Shown here in pieces: positions 30,824 through 32,000 of a DNA stretch of 32,000 nucleotides. Each line of letters opens with the position of its first letter. Position 1 is the first letter of the stretch. Made by a program: the position numbers and the translations under genes. The notes under the pieces were generated by a model. The model was not told where the DNA came from, did not search any database, and saw nothing but the letters and a program-made list of their open reading frames with translations. Source of the stretch: Raphidiopsis brookii D9 (lineage in GTDB: Bacteria > Cyanobacteriota > Cyanobacteriia > Cyanobacteriales > Nostocaceae); NCBI GenBank assembly GCA_000175855.1, contig ACYB01000047.1, positions 1 to 32,000 on the forward strand, given 5' to 3'.

Positions 30824-32000
<1,177 letters not shown>

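Overview
This window looks like ordinary cyanobacterial core chromosome. Supporting marks are at least 12 HIP1 octamers (GCGATCGC, counted by eye), a CpcD-domain petH, crtP-crtB, a CAAD/CurT protein and a Tic20-like protein. Protein similarity suggests a filamentous Nostocales-type organism, but that is inference only. I can support about 25 protein genes and one tRNA. In order they are: purH; recG with an upstream conserved hypothetical; rpsB-tsf; a 1427-aa SNF2-family helicase; a GT2 glycosyltransferase; argG; a DedA protein; a STAS protein; a coiled-coil protein; rpsF; an FAH-family hydrolase; a Tic20-like protein; glyA; cinA; a Cys-pair hypothetical; tRNA-Lys(CUU); a small peptide with a double-glycine-leader-like N-terminus; a nagZ-like GH3; crtP(pds)-crtB; pcrA/uvrD; curT-like; hom; and petH, which runs off the window at its 5' end. 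I see no transposase, integrase, CRISPR array, restriction-modification or toxin-antitoxin pair, and no recognisable defence gene. I therefore cannot support a multi-gene novel system here. The strongest observation is a pattern of four single-base indels, each inside an A/T homopolymer of 4-6 nt. They break cinA and pcrA and alter the C-termini of the GT2 gene and petH. The petH change removes the conserved terminal GRWHVETY. This pattern fits homopolymer sequencing or assembly error better than biology, though real gene erosion cannot be excluded from sequence alone. Lesser leads are: a 78-aa ORF with a double-glycine-type leader next to the tRNA; two interleaved perfect 8-bp helices abutting the rpsB Shine-Dalgarno; a perfect 23-bp tandem duplication that shifts the frame of a small Cys-containing ORF upstream of glyA; and the roughly 940-aa unassigned N-terminal region of the SNF2 protein.
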